Assembly: GCA_963733295.1 (NCBI GenBank)
Contig: CAVTCS010000003.1
Span: 2,208,001 to 2,272,000, forward strand
Source of the DNA: Vulcanimicrobiota bacterium
GTDB taxonomy: Bacteria; Vulcanimicrobiota; Vulcanimicrobiia; Vulcanimicrobiales; Vulcanimicrobiaceae
Direction: 5' to 3'
DNA: 64,000 bases
Shown here: positions 10,373 to 19,282 of the stretch, piece after piece
Layout of the letters: each line of letters begins with the position of its first letter
Position numbering within the stretch: position 1 is the first letter of the stretch
Program-made: the position numbers and the translations under genes
Notes under the pieces: generated by a model
Told to the model about the DNA's origin: nothing
What the model saw: only the letters and a program-made list of their open reading frames with translations
Databases searched by the model: none

Positions 10373-11023
10373 CTAGATGCTCGCGACCTTTTGCGCGTCG
10401 TGAACGCGAGCGCCGGTCGCACCGCGCACCTCTTCGGGCGTGACTCCGGGAGCGCATTCGCGCAGTACCAAGCCGTCCGGCGTAACGTCGAGAACGGCCA
10501 AGTCGGTGATTATCCGCTGAACCACGCCCTTGCCGGTTAGCGGCAAGGTGCACTCGTCGAGAATCTTCGGGCTTCCGTCCTTCGCGACGTGCTCCATCAT
10601 GACGATCACCCGCTTCGCGCCGTGCACGAGGTCCATCGCACCACCCATGCCCTTGACCATCTTCCCGGGGATCATCCAGTTCGCGAGGTCGCCGCGACTC
10701 GAAACTTGCATCGCGCCCAAAATCGCGACGTCGATGTGGCCGCCGCGAATCATCCCGAACGAAGCGGCGGAATCGAAGAACGCCGCACCCGGCAGAACGG
10801 TCACGGTCTCTTTGCCGGCGTTGATGAGGTCCGGATCTTCCTCACCTTCGTAAGGATAGGGTCCCATGCCGAGGATGCCGTTTTCGCTCTGCAAGACCAC
10901 GGTGATCGCCGGGTCCACGTAGTTCGGCACCAGCGTGGGCAGTCCGATTCCGAGGTTCACGTATTGACCGTCGCGCAGCTCGCGCGCGACGCGTCGCGCG
11001 AGTTCGTCTCGGGTTAGCGCCAT
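10373..11023 (-). CDS. scoB: 3-oxoacid CoA-transferase subunit B
   Basis: [10 protein letters not shown], catalytic [13 protein letters not shown]. Confidence 0.93.
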   Translation of the reverse strand: MALTRDELARRVARELRDGQYVNLGIGLPTLVPNYVDPAITVVLQSENGILGMGPYPYEGEEDPDLINAGKETVTVLPGAAFFDSAASFGMIRGGHIDVAILGAMQVSSRGDLANWMIPGKMVKGMGGAMDLVHGAKRVIVMMEHVAKDGSPKILDECTLPLTGKGVVQRIITDLAVLDVTPDGLVLRECAPGVTPEEVRGATGARVHDAQKVASI

Positions 11024-11029
11024 GTCGCT

Positions 11030-11785
11030 CTAGCTCCCTCGTTTGCGCGTCGTAGTGCGCTCGATGCGTTTGCCGCCGCTGCCCACGACGACGACTCGTT
11101 GCACGAAGATTCCCGGCGTGTGGACGCTCTCCGGATCGATCTCACCCGGCTCGACGAGCTCCTCGACCTCGGCGATCGTAATCTTTCCCGCCATCGCGCA
11201 GAGCGGGTTGAAATTGAGCGTTGCTTTGTGATAGTGGAGGTTGCCCATCCGGTCGCCGCGACTGGCGCGCACGAAGGCGAAGTCGCACACGATGCCTTCC
11301 TCGAGCACGTAGCTCCGGCCGTTGAAAACGCGCGTTTCCTTGGGCGGCGACGCGAGCGCGATCGAGCCGTCGGGGCGGTAGCGCCAGGGCAACCCGCCGT
11401 CGGCCACTTCCGTGCCGACTCCCGAAGGCGTGAAGAAAGCGGCGATGCCCGACCCGCCGGCCCGCAAGCGTTCGGCCAGCGTTCCTTGCGGCACGAGCTC
11501 GACTTCGAGCTCGCCGCTCAAAAATTGGCGCTCGAACTCCTTGTTTTCGCCGACGTAGGAGCCCGTCGTTCGGCGAATGCGCTTCTTGTCCAAGAGCAAT
11601 CCCAAACCGAAACCGTCGACGCCGCAGTTGTTCGAGACGGTTGTAAGTTGCGCCGCGCCCTGCGCGAGGAGCGCTTCGATCAGGCGCTCGGGGACGCCGT
11701 TCAATCCGAAGCCGCCGACCGCGAGCGAAGCGCCGTTCGGGAGGTCACGCACCGCCTCCGCGGCACTCGCGAAGACTTTATCCAT
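11030..11785 (-). CDS. scoA: 3-oxoacid CoA-transferase subunit A
   Basis: LAVGGFGLNGVP, SNN, PQGTLAERLRAGG, VHTPGIFVQR; start at MDKVFAS. Confidence 0.93.
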   Translation of the reverse strand: MDKVFASAAEAVRDLPNGASLAVGGFGLNGVPERLIEALLAQGAAQLTTVSNNCGVDGFGLGLLLDKKRIRRTTGSYVGENKEFERQFLSGELEVELVPQGTLAERLRAGGSGIAAFFTPSGVGTEVADGGLPWRYRPDGSIALASPPKETRVFNGRSYVLEEGIVCDFAFVRASRGDRMGNLHYHKATLNFNPLCAMAGKITIAEVEELVEPGEIDPESVHTPGIFVQRVVVVGSGGKRIERTTTRKRGS

Positions 11786-11910
11786 TTTTGTCCATGGTTC
11801 GTTCAAGCTTGGCAGCGCGGCGTGCAAACCCTCGCGGGTCGCGCAAGAGGGCTACCTCCCGGCACCGAAGCTCGAAGGACGTCGCTGCCCATACGCCGTG
11901 GAGAAACCTT

Positions 11911-13104
11911 ATGGCCGTCGTTGTTCCGTCCAGCGCCGCCTCGGAAGAGGAAGGCATGATCCTCCAGGTCGTTCGCGAGCTCGTCGCGGAAAAGGTGGCG
12001 CCGCGCGCGGCCGCGATTGACGAAAGCGGCGAATTTCCGTGGGATATCCAGAAGCTTTTCGCGAGCAACGATCTGCTCGGCATCCCGTTCCCCGCGGAGT
12101 ACGGCGGTCTCGGCGGTTCGTTTCTGACGTACGTCAAAGTCGTCGAAGAGGTCGCCAAAGCGTGCGCCTCCAGCGCGCTCATCATCGCGGTGCAAGAGCT
12201 CGGCGCGCTGCCGATCATCATCGCCGGATCGCACGAGCAGAAAGCGAAGTACCTCCCCAAACTCGCCTCGGGGGAGTGGACGGCCGCGTACGCTTTGACC
12301 GAGGCGGGCAGCGGTTCGGATGCAGCCGGCTCGATGCGCTGCCGGGCCGAGAAGCGCGGCGACAAGTACGTTTTGAACGGCAGCAAGATTTGGATCACGC
12401 AAGGTGGCGTGGCCGACGCGATCTGTGTTTTCGCGGTCACCGATCCCGGCAAAGGACCGGGCGGCATCTCGGCCTTCGTCGTCGAGAAGACCTTCCCGGG
12501 ATTCCGGGTCGGGAAGCTCGAGAAAAAGATGGGCATCCGCGGGTCGCCGACGGTCGAACTCATTTTTGACGGCTGCGAAGTACCGCTCGCGAACCTGCTC
12601 GGCGAAGAGGGCACCGGCTTTCGGACCGCGATGAAAGTGCTCGACAAGTCTCGGCCCGGCATCGCCGCGCAGGCGGTCGGCATCGCGCAAGGCGCGCTCG
12701 ACTACGCGACGCAGTACGCGCGCGAACGCATCGCGTTCGGCAAGCCGATCGCGCAGCAGCAGGGCATCCAATTCATGCTGGCCGACATGCGCGTCGAGGT
12801 CGAAGCGGCGCGCCTCTTGCTCTACGAAGCCGCGCGCAAGTGCGACGAGGGTGCGCCGGACCTCACCACCTGGGCCGCGCTTTGTAAACTCAAAGCCGGA
12901 GACGTGGCGATGAAAGTTACGGTCGACGCGGTGCAGGTTCTGGGTGGTTTCGGCTACTCGACCGAGTATCCGGTCGAGCGGATGATGCGCGACGCCAAGA
13001 TCACTCAAATCTATGAAGGCACGCAGCAGATCCAACGGCTCGTCGTGGCGCGAAGCATGGTCGGCAAATGGAAGCCACCGGGAAACGGAGCGAGCACGAC
13101 CTAA
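11911..13104 (+). CDS. Acyl-CoA dehydrogenase
   Basis: ALTEAGSGSD, LNGSKIWIT, KKMGIRGSPT, QVLGGFGY, IYEGTQQIQ; GGAGA SD before ATG 11911. Confidence 0.95.
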   Translation: MAVVVPSSAASEEEGMILQVVRELVAEKVAPRAAAIDESGEFPWDIQKLFASNDLLGIPFPAEYGGLGGSFLTYVKVVEEVAKACASSALIIAVQELGALPIIIAGSHEQKAKYLPKLASGEWTAAYALTEAGSGSDAAGSMRCRAEKRGDKYVLNGSKIWITQGGVADAICVFAVTDPGKGPGGISAFVVEKTFPGFRVGKLEKKMGIRGSPTVELIFDGCEVPLANLLGEEGTGFRTAMKVLDKSRPGIAAQAVGIAQGALDYATQYARERIAFGKPIAQQQGIQFMLADMRVEVEAARLLLYEAARKCDEGAPDLTTWAALCKLKAGDVAMKVTVDAVQVLGGFGYSTEYPVERMMRDAKITQIYEGTQQIQRLVVARSMVGKWKPPGNGASTT

Positions 13105-13204
13105 CCTTTTATGAGAATTTGCTGAGCAATGTTCGGGCGACTCGCTTCGTTACGCAAGTTGGAACCGGCTGAGGTTCCAATCCGTGACGAAGGGAGGTGT
13201 GTAC

Positions 13205-13396
13205 ATGAAGAACATCCTCGCAACGATCGCCGCAGCTTCGCTGTTGGCGGGCGGACCCGCGATTGCCGCGACGAGCACGAGCTCGCCGAAACCGGCAAGT
13301 CACGCGATCTCGACCAAACCTGCGACGCACGCGAAGTCTTCGACGGCCGTCAAAACCGTGAAGCCTTCGCCCAAGGCGAGCGCTAAAGCCAAGTAA
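13205..13396 (+). CDS. Small secreted basic low-complexity protein
   Basis: Strong SD AGGGAGG; signal peptide MKNILATIAAASLLAGGPAIA; mature part rich in K/A/S/T/P/H. Confidence 0.75.
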   Translation: MKNILATIAAASLLAGGPAIAATSTSSPKPASHAISTKPATHAKSSTAVKTVKPSPKASAKAK

Positions 13397-13426
13397 CGTC
13401 CCGGCTTCATCCTAGACTCAAGGTGC

Positions 13427-13457
13427 AACGGGCGCGGCCAGTGGGGTCGCGCCCGTT
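13427..13457. terminator. Stem-loop between convergent genes
   Basis: AACGGGCGCGGCC ... GGTCGCGCCCGTT inverted repeat; no long U tract. Confidence 0.45.
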
Positions 13458-13474
13458 CGCATCAGCGGCGGCCG

Positions 13475-14290
13475 CTAACCGCCGACGTTGACCGCGCTGT
13501 GTCCGAAAAGGGGCGGGATGTAACGCCCTGCAGCCCATGCGACGCCGAAGACCAGCGCGCCGAAGGCAACGATCTCGAATCCCTTCGCGAAAGGATTGCG
13601 TCGCGAGAGGCGCGCCGCGAAAACCCCGATGCCGAAGAGCGCGATCGCGGCGAGCAGCAGCGCAAGCCACATCGCGGTGCCGAGCGCAATCGCGAAGGCG
13701 TACGGCAGCACCGGTATCGCAGCGCCCATTGCGAACGAGCCGGCCATGGCGAAACTCGAACGCAGACCGCCGCTTTCGGCTTCGCGCAGATCGATGCCGA
13801 ACTCGTCGCGCACCATCTCGTGAAGCCAGATGTCGGGATTCTTTCTGAGGCGTTCGACGATCATCAGCGCTTCGTCGTCCGTAAATCCCTTGAGCCGGTA
13901 GTAGGCGACCTGCTCGGCGAACTCTTCCTCGGGCATGTCGAGCATCTCGCGTTGCTCGAATTCGATCGAACTCTGAACGACCTCGCGTTCGGATTTGCCG
14001 CCAAGATACTCGCCGACGCCCATCGAGAGCGCGCCGACGAGCAACGCGAGGCCGCCCGTAATCAGGATTGCGGCGCGATCGTTTTCGGCGCTGCCGACGC
14101 CCGTGACGATGCCGAGCGTGGTGAGGATTCCATCCTGCGCGCCGAAGACGATCTCGCGAATTCCGCGCTGCCCCTCGAGACGCTGGCGCTCGGGTGTGTC
14201 GGGGATGCGCGCCGCGGTGTGGCCGCCCGTACCTACGACGACCGCGCGGTTATCGACGCTGATGCCAAGCGAGTTCGGCTGCTCTTTCAT
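13475..14290 (-). CDS. VIT1/CCC1 family transporter
   Basis: IVFGAQDGILTT, GALSMGVGEYLGGKSERE, C-terminal TM helices. Confidence 0.9.
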   Translation of the reverse strand: MKEQPNSLGISVDNRAVVVGTGGHTAARIPDTPERQRLEGQRGIREIVFGAQDGILTTLGIVTGVGSAENDRAAILITGGLALLVGALSMGVGEYLGGKSEREVVQSSIEFEQREMLDMPEEEFAEQVAYYRLKGFTDDEALMIVERLRKNPDIWLHEMVRDEFGIDLREAESGGLRSSFAMAGSFAMGAAIPVLPYAFAIALGTAMWLALLLAAIALFGIGVFAARLSRRNPFAKGFEIVAFGALVFGVAWAAGRYIPPLFGHSAVNVGG

Positions 14291-14353
14291 GACTCTTCCG
14301 GCGTTGCAGAGGGCCTGCCCGGAGGCCTGCCGCCCGGCGTTGAAGCATTCGGA

Positions 14354-14869
14354 ATGAATCCCGGCGAGGAGAACCCGAACCCGATCGTCGCGCTCGCGCA
14401 GCGCTTGCGCGCGCGCAAGGATCTTGCCGCGGCGATCGACTCCGCCGCTTCCGTAGCGGCCGGCGCAGGCGGGACGGATGAGGCCGACGCAGGCGGCGCG
14501 CTCGAAGCCTTCGCGGAGGCGCTAAAACTCGCCGTGCGCCGCCTCAACTCGATCTTGGGAAAACCCGGCGTCACGTTCGTCCGGCTCGAGAAACCGTTGC
14601 GCGTCCGGCTACGGTTTGGCGAAAAGCGCGTCGGTCTCGACCTCGACGCGAACCGCCAGCTCGTCATCGTGCGCGGACTCGAACTCGACGGAGAGTACCA
14701 ATTCGTGCCGGGCGCCGCCACGCCCGCGTTGATCAATCTTTCGAAGCTCTCGACCGAAGCGGGCTACGGCGAAGCGCTCACGCCGTCTCTGCTGCTCAAA
14801 ACGATCGCGCAGGATGCCGAGCTACCGCGTCCGGCGCACCTTGACGGCCTGGGTCCGCTTTCGCTGTAG
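14354..14869 (+). CDS. Hypothetical protein
   Basis: Coherent 3' part (MNPGEENP...) of ORF 13499-14869, in the gap between VIT1 and nth. Confidence 0.6.
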   Translation: MNPGEENPNPIVALAQRLRARKDLAAAIDSAASVAAGAGGTDEADAGGALEAFAEALKLAVRRLNSILGKPGVTFVRLEKPLRVRLRFGEKRVGLDLDANRQLVIVRGLELDGEYQFVPGAATPALINLSKLSTEAGYGEALTPSLLLKTIAQDAELPRPAHLDGLGPLSL

Positions 14870-15574
14870 GAATCGCGCCACCAGCGGCGCGCTCGGACAC
14901 AACTCGCGCACCGGACACCGCTCGCACAGCGGAACCGGCGCCTTGCAGATCGTGCGCCCGTGTAAGATCAGCCAATGATGCGCGAAGCGCAGCTTCGCCG
15001 GCGGGACGAGTTTGACGACGTCGTTCTCGACGTCGCGCGGCGTCTTGCCGAGCGTCAATCCGAGCCGGTGCGAAACGCGGAAGACGTGCGTGTCGACGGC
15101 GAAGGCGGCTTCCTCGAAGGCGACCGACATCACGACGCTCGCAGTCTTACGCCCCACGCCCGGCAGCGCTTCGAGTTCCTCACGCGTCGAGGGCACTTCG
15201 CCGCCATGTTTCTCGACGATCGCCCGCGCCGCGCCGACGATGCTCTTGGCCTTCATGCGAAAAAATCCGGTCGACTTGATCAAGTGCTCGACGTCGGGCA
15301 GCGCCGCGTTCGCGAGTGCCTGCGGCGTCGGATATGCCGCGAACAGGAACGGCGTCGTCAAGTTCACCCGCGCGTCGGTCGTTTGGGCCGAGAGAATGAC
15401 CGCGATCAGGAGCGTGAACGGAGACTCGTATTCGAGTGCGGTTACCGCCTGCGGGTAGGCCTTCTCGAGCAGTGCGAGTTCCGCAAGCGCCACCGCGCGC
15501 GTTACCTTGCGCGCCGGAAACGGAATCTTCGGAGCGGTTGAAACCGCGGGGCGACGGACCGGCGTCTTAGCCAC
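14822..15574 (-). CDS. nth: Endonuclease III
   Basis: LLIAVILSAQTTD, HhH LPGVGRKTA, VDTHVFRV, Fe-S motif C-x6-C-x2-C-x5-C; start uncertain (GTG 15574 or 15493). Confidence 0.93.
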   Translation of the reverse strand: MAKTPVRRPAVSTAPKIPFPARKVTRAVALAELALLEKAYPQAVTALEYESPFTLLIAVILSAQTTDARVNLTTPFLFAAYPTPQALANAALPDVEHLIKSTGFFRMKAKSIVGAARAIVEKHGGEVPSTREELEALPGVGRKTASVVMSVAFEEAAFAVDTHVFRVSHRLGLTLGKTPRDVENDVVKLVPPAKLRFAHHWLILHGRTICKAPVPLCERCPVRELCPSAPLVARFLQRKRTQAVKVRRTR

Positions 15575-15575
15575 G

Positions 15576-16172
15576 ATGCCGTTCTTCAAGACGAAAGACC
15601 CGACCGTTCCTCCCGGCCAGACGGTGACCGATGGCTTTCCAGTGCTCCACGTGGGCGACGTCCCACGTTTCGACGTGGCCACCTGGCGCCTGCGCTTCTT
15701 CGGCCTCGTCGACAACCCGTACGAACTGACCTGGGAGGAACTGCTTGCGGAACCTGCAGTCGAGTGGCGTGGCGACATCCACTGCGTGACGCGCTGGTCG
15801 AAGAAGGCGACCCACTGGCGCGGCGTGCTCTTCCGTCGTCTGGTCGAGCGCGCGAAACCGAAACCCGCGGCGAAGTTCGTCCTCCAGCACGCCGCTAACG
15901 ACTACACCACGAACCTCCCGCTTGCGCCGATGCTGGGCGACGACTGTTTAGTGGCGTACGAATTCGACGGCCGCGCGCTGGAGCCGATTCACGGCGGCCC
16001 CGTGCGCACGATCGTCCCGAAACTCTACTTTTGGAAGTCCGCCAAATGGATTCGGGGGTTCGAGTTCCTCGAGCACGACGAAAAAGGCTTCTGGGAAGTG
16101 CGCGGCTACCACAACGATGCCGATCCCTGGAAGGAAGAACGTTACTCCGACCTGCCCGGTTTCTTGGGCTGA
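15576..16172 (+). CDS. Sulfite oxidase-like molybdopterin oxidoreductase
   Basis: PPGQ, DIHCVTRWS, HGGPVR, LYFWKSAKW, GFWEVRGYH. Confidence 0.9.
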   Translation: MPFFKTKDPTVPPGQTVTDGFPVLHVGDVPRFDVATWRLRFFGLVDNPYELTWEELLAEPAVEWRGDIHCVTRWSKKATHWRGVLFRRLVERAKPKPAAKFVLQHAANDYTTNLPLAPMLGDDCLVAYEFDGRALEPIHGGPVRTIVPKLYFWKSAKWIRGFEFLEHDEKGFWEVRGYHNDADPWKEERYSDLPGFLG

Positions 16173-16199
16173 CGCCCACGACGCTAACGCACTAGCACA

Positions 16200-16811
16200 C
16201 TAACCGCGCAGTCCGAGGCCGACGCGCAACACGCTGACGCCGAAGTCGAAGATGATTCCGAGGAGAATTGCGGCGATCGCGACGATCGCCGCAAAGCCCG
16301 CTGCGTTTTCGCGCGGAACTTTCATGAGCGCGGGCAAACCGAGGTAGAGCAGGTACACGGCATACAGGCTTATCGCGACCGAGACCAGGCGCAACGGGAG
16401 GATTTGGGGCAGCAGCAAGAGCACGCCTGCGAGCCAAATCGGCGTGTACGAATACGTCACGAGTTTGAGCGCTTGTTCGAAGTCGGGGTCGCCGTTAAAG
16501 GAGCGCGCCAACGTGTTGACGGCCTGCGCGAGCACGTAGACGCCGAGGAGGGCGAGCAGGAGCGAGATCACCGCCTCGATCGCCGCCGTCAGCACGGGAA
16601 CCCGGTATGCGCCGCGCGTTAGGGCGATTCCGAACACCGACAAACGTGCCAAACCGCACACCGGGCCGAGCGCGGCGAGCGGCAGCGCGTAGTTCAGGAA
16701 GAGAGGCTCAAGCTTCGTCGCTTCGCGGGCCACGACGGGCCATTCGCGCGTAGGATAAGCGACGATCTTTGAAGCTCGATCGAGAAGAGGCATTGTCTTC
16801 TCTTTCGTCAC
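16200..16811 (-). CDS. Yip1 family membrane protein
   Basis: PTREWPVVARE, QALKLVTYSYTPIWL, YLLYLGLPALMKVP. Confidence 0.85.
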   Translation of the reverse strand: MTKEKTMPLLDRASKIVAYPTREWPVVAREATKLEPLFLNYALPLAALGPVCGLARLSVFGIALTRGAYRVPVLTAAIEAVISLLLALLGVYVLAQAVNTLARSFNGDPDFEQALKLVTYSYTPIWLAGVLLLLPQILPLRLVSVAISLYAVYLLYLGLPALMKVPRENAAGFAAIVAIAAILLGIIFDFGVSVLRVGLGLRG

Positions 16812-17719
16812 TCAGCCAGGCGCAGCCCACATTCCCCGGCCTCGACGACGCCCTCGCGTGTGAGGGCGAGCACGATGGCCTCGAAGGCCGCGGCGTCGTG
16901 GGCAGCTAGCTGCGCCGCGAGCGCGTCCTGCAAATCGAGCAGCGAAATGCGCTCGCCCGGCGCGAGCTCCCGGAGTCGGTCGATGACGCGGCCGCGCACG
17001 TAGCGCGCGGTTTCCTCGAAGCGTAAGCGCGCCTGCGGGCCGCGCGCCGGGGCGTGGAGCGCGGCCAGTTCGGCGAGTTTAGCAGCGTCGACCGGTCCGG
17101 CGGCGCAGCCGCGCTGCAGGGGACAGAGCAGGCATTTCGGCGCGCGCGCGGTGCAGAGCGTCGCGCCGAGATCCATTAGAGCCGAATTAAATTCGAAGGC
17201 TCGGCCCACCGGCACGAGTCCGGCAGCCGCGGCATCGACCGCGCGCGCGCTCGCGTGCACCGGCCACTCGAGACCGAACTGCGTGCGCTCGACGACGCGC
17301 TTCACGTTGACGTCGGGTGCGACGACGTCGTCGCGGAAAACGAAAGCGCGGATCGCCCGGGCAGTATACGGACCGACGCCGGGCAGAGCGCGCAATTCCG
17401 CTTCGTCGCGCGGCAGCTCGCCGCCGAAACGTTCGTGTACTTCGCGCGCGAGCCGATGCAGCCGAACCGCGCGCGCGTTGTAGCCGAGACCCTTCCAAGC
17501 GCGCACCGCGTCCGCTTGCGAGGCCCCGGCGAGCGCCGCGAAGGAGGGGAAGCGCGCGACGAAGGACTCGAAGAGCGGCACGACGCGTTCGACCTGCGTC
17601 TGTTGCAGCATGAACTCGCTGACGACGACGCGGTACGGCGAGGGATGCGTGCGCCAGGGCAGCCTCGCGCGACCGGTTTGGGCATACCACCCGAGCAGCG
17701 GTTCGGCGATCGGGTTCAG
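16808..17719 (-). CDS. mutY: A/G-specific adenine glycosylase (probable CTG start coupled to upstream stop, CTGA)
   Basis: LLGWY...LPWR...VSEFMLQQTQVERV, WKGLGY, LPGVGPYTA, LMDLGATLCTARAPKCLLCPL. Confidence 0.9.
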   Translation of the reverse strand: MNPIAEPLLGWYAQTGRARLPWRTHPSPYRVVVSEFMLQQTQVERVVPLFESFVARFPSFAALAGASQADAVRAWKGLGYNARAVRLHRLAREVHERFGGELPRDEAELRALPGVGPYTARAIRAFVFRDDVVAPDVNVKRVVERTQFGLEWPVHASARAVDAAAAGLVPVGRAFEFNSALMDLGATLCTARAPKCLLCPLQRGCAAGPVDAAKLAELAALHAPARGPQARLRFEETARYVRGRVIDRLRELAPGERISLLDLQDALAAQLAAHDAAAFEAIVLALTREGVVEAGECGLRLAE

Positions 17720-19179
17720 CGCGCCGCGACCTGCTCGATCGCCCGGCCGATGCGTTCGATCCCCGACACCAAGTCGGCCCGCGACGTCGTCGTGATCGCC
17801 AAACGGAAGTTGTGATCGCCCCCCGATTCGGCGAAGAACGCTTCTCCGAAGAGAAACGTCGCGCCCAAGCGTTCGGAGGCTTCGAGCAAGGCGCGCGCGC
17901 GCATCTCGCGCGGCGCCGTGGCCCACAAGTAGAAGCCGCCCGCACCGTTGGCGAGCCGCATCGACTTCGACCACGACGCGGCGATCGTTTCGCGCGCGAG
18001 CGCGCGGCGTTCGGCGATTTCCTTGCGCAGCCGAACGACGTGAGAGTCGTACGCGCGCGTCAAATAGTCGCATACTCCGGCTTGCACGTAGAGGCTGGTC
18101 GCCATGTCGTACGACTGCTTGCGCAGCAGCAGCCGTTCGTAGATCGCGCGGGGCGCCGTCAGCCAGCCGAGACGCAGCGACGGCGCGATCGTCTTGGAGA
18201 ACGTGCTCAGGTACACGACGTAGTCGGGAGAGTGCGTGACGAGGGGCGGCGGACCGCCCGAAACCAACTCGCCGTAGGGATCGTCTTCGACGATCGGTAC
18301 GCGCGCCCGTTGCGCCAACGTGACCAAGCGCTCGCGGCGATCGGCGTTGAGCGTGACGCCCGTCGGATTGTGCAGCGACGGCATCGTGTAGATGAAGCGC
18401 GGACGCCGCGTGCGCAGGATCGCCTCGACGTGATCGACGCGCATCCCCTCGTCGTCGACCGCGACCGGCAGCGCGCGCAGGCCGGCGATCCCAAAGATTT
18501 GCAACGCACCGGGGTAGGTCGGTGCTTCGACGATGATCTCATCACCCGGCTCCGCCAAACTCTGCGCCACGAGCGTAATGCCTTGCGTCGAACCGGTGAG
18601 CACCAGCACTTCGCGAGCGCCGACTCGGCAACCGCGCGAGCGCATGCGTTCGGCGATCGCCTCGCGCAGCGGTGCGTGCCCCTCGGAGTCTCCGTACGAC
18701 AGGACGTAGTCGGGGTCGCCGGCGACCCGCTTGAAGGACTCGGCCAGCTCGCCCAAGGGCGACGGCTCGACCGGCGGGACCCCTTGCACGAACGAGATCC
18801 GATCGCCGTGAAAGGTCGCCGCCAATTCGCCGAGGACGGTCGGATACGCGCCGACCCGCCAGGGGGGAAGGCTTACCCACCAGGGGATGTCGGAGGCGCG
18901 CGGCTGAGCACCGCTCGCCAGCCGCGCGACGCGCGAGCCCGAGCCGACGCGCTGCTCGATCAGGCCGTCGGCCACGAGCTCGCGGTAGGCATGGACGACG
19001 GTGCTCCGGTTGACGTTGAGACGCTCGGCTAGCGAACGTTCGGGCGGCAGCCGGGTCGACTCCGGCAGAGTGCCGGTCAGAATCGCCTCGCGTAGATCCT
19101 CGTAGATCTGCTGGTAGATCGGGACGATGCTGTCGCGATCGACGCTCGGGATCGCGCTGGGCCAGCCAATGTCGCGCAT
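17716..19179 (-). CDS. MocR/GabR-type GntR regulator with PLP aminotransferase domain
   Basis: PIYQQI...LPPERSLAERLNVNRSTVVHAY GntR HTH; HNPTG, EDDPY, TFSKTIAPSLRLGW. Confidence 0.93.
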   Translation of the reverse strand: MRDIGWPSAIPSVDRDSIVPIYQQIYEDLREAILTGTLPESTRLPPERSLAERLNVNRSTVVHAYRELVADGLIEQRVGSGSRVARLASGAQPRASDIPWWVSLPPWRVGAYPTVLGELAATFHGDRISFVQGVPPVEPSPLGELAESFKRVAGDPDYVLSYGDSEGHAPLREAIAERMRSRGCRVGAREVLVLTGSTQGITLVAQSLAEPGDEIIVEAPTYPGALQIFGIAGLRALPVAVDDEGMRVDHVEAILRTRRPRFIYTMPSLHNPTGVTLNADRRERLVTLAQRARVPIVEDDPYGELVSGGPPPLVTHSPDYVVYLSTFSKTIAPSLRLGWLTAPRAIYERLLLRKQSYDMATSLYVQAGVCDYLTRAYDSHVVRLRKEIAERRALARETIAASWSKSMRLANGAGGFYLWATAPREMRARALLEASERLGATFLFGEAFFAESGGDHNFRLAITTTSRADLVSGIERIGRAIEQVAAR

Positions 19180-19282
19180 TGGATGGTTTTTTCGCCGTCC
19201 AATGGACGGGTCCCGGGCGAAAATGCTCCGGCTCTTTGAGGGTTGAACAACGGGTTAGGAACAGCGTTAAAGGAGAAACCTC

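Noticed and set aside
13499..14353. 5' two-thirds of the 456-aa ORF 13499-14869
   Set aside because: Antisense to the VIT1 gene; only the part from ATG 14354 looks like a real protein
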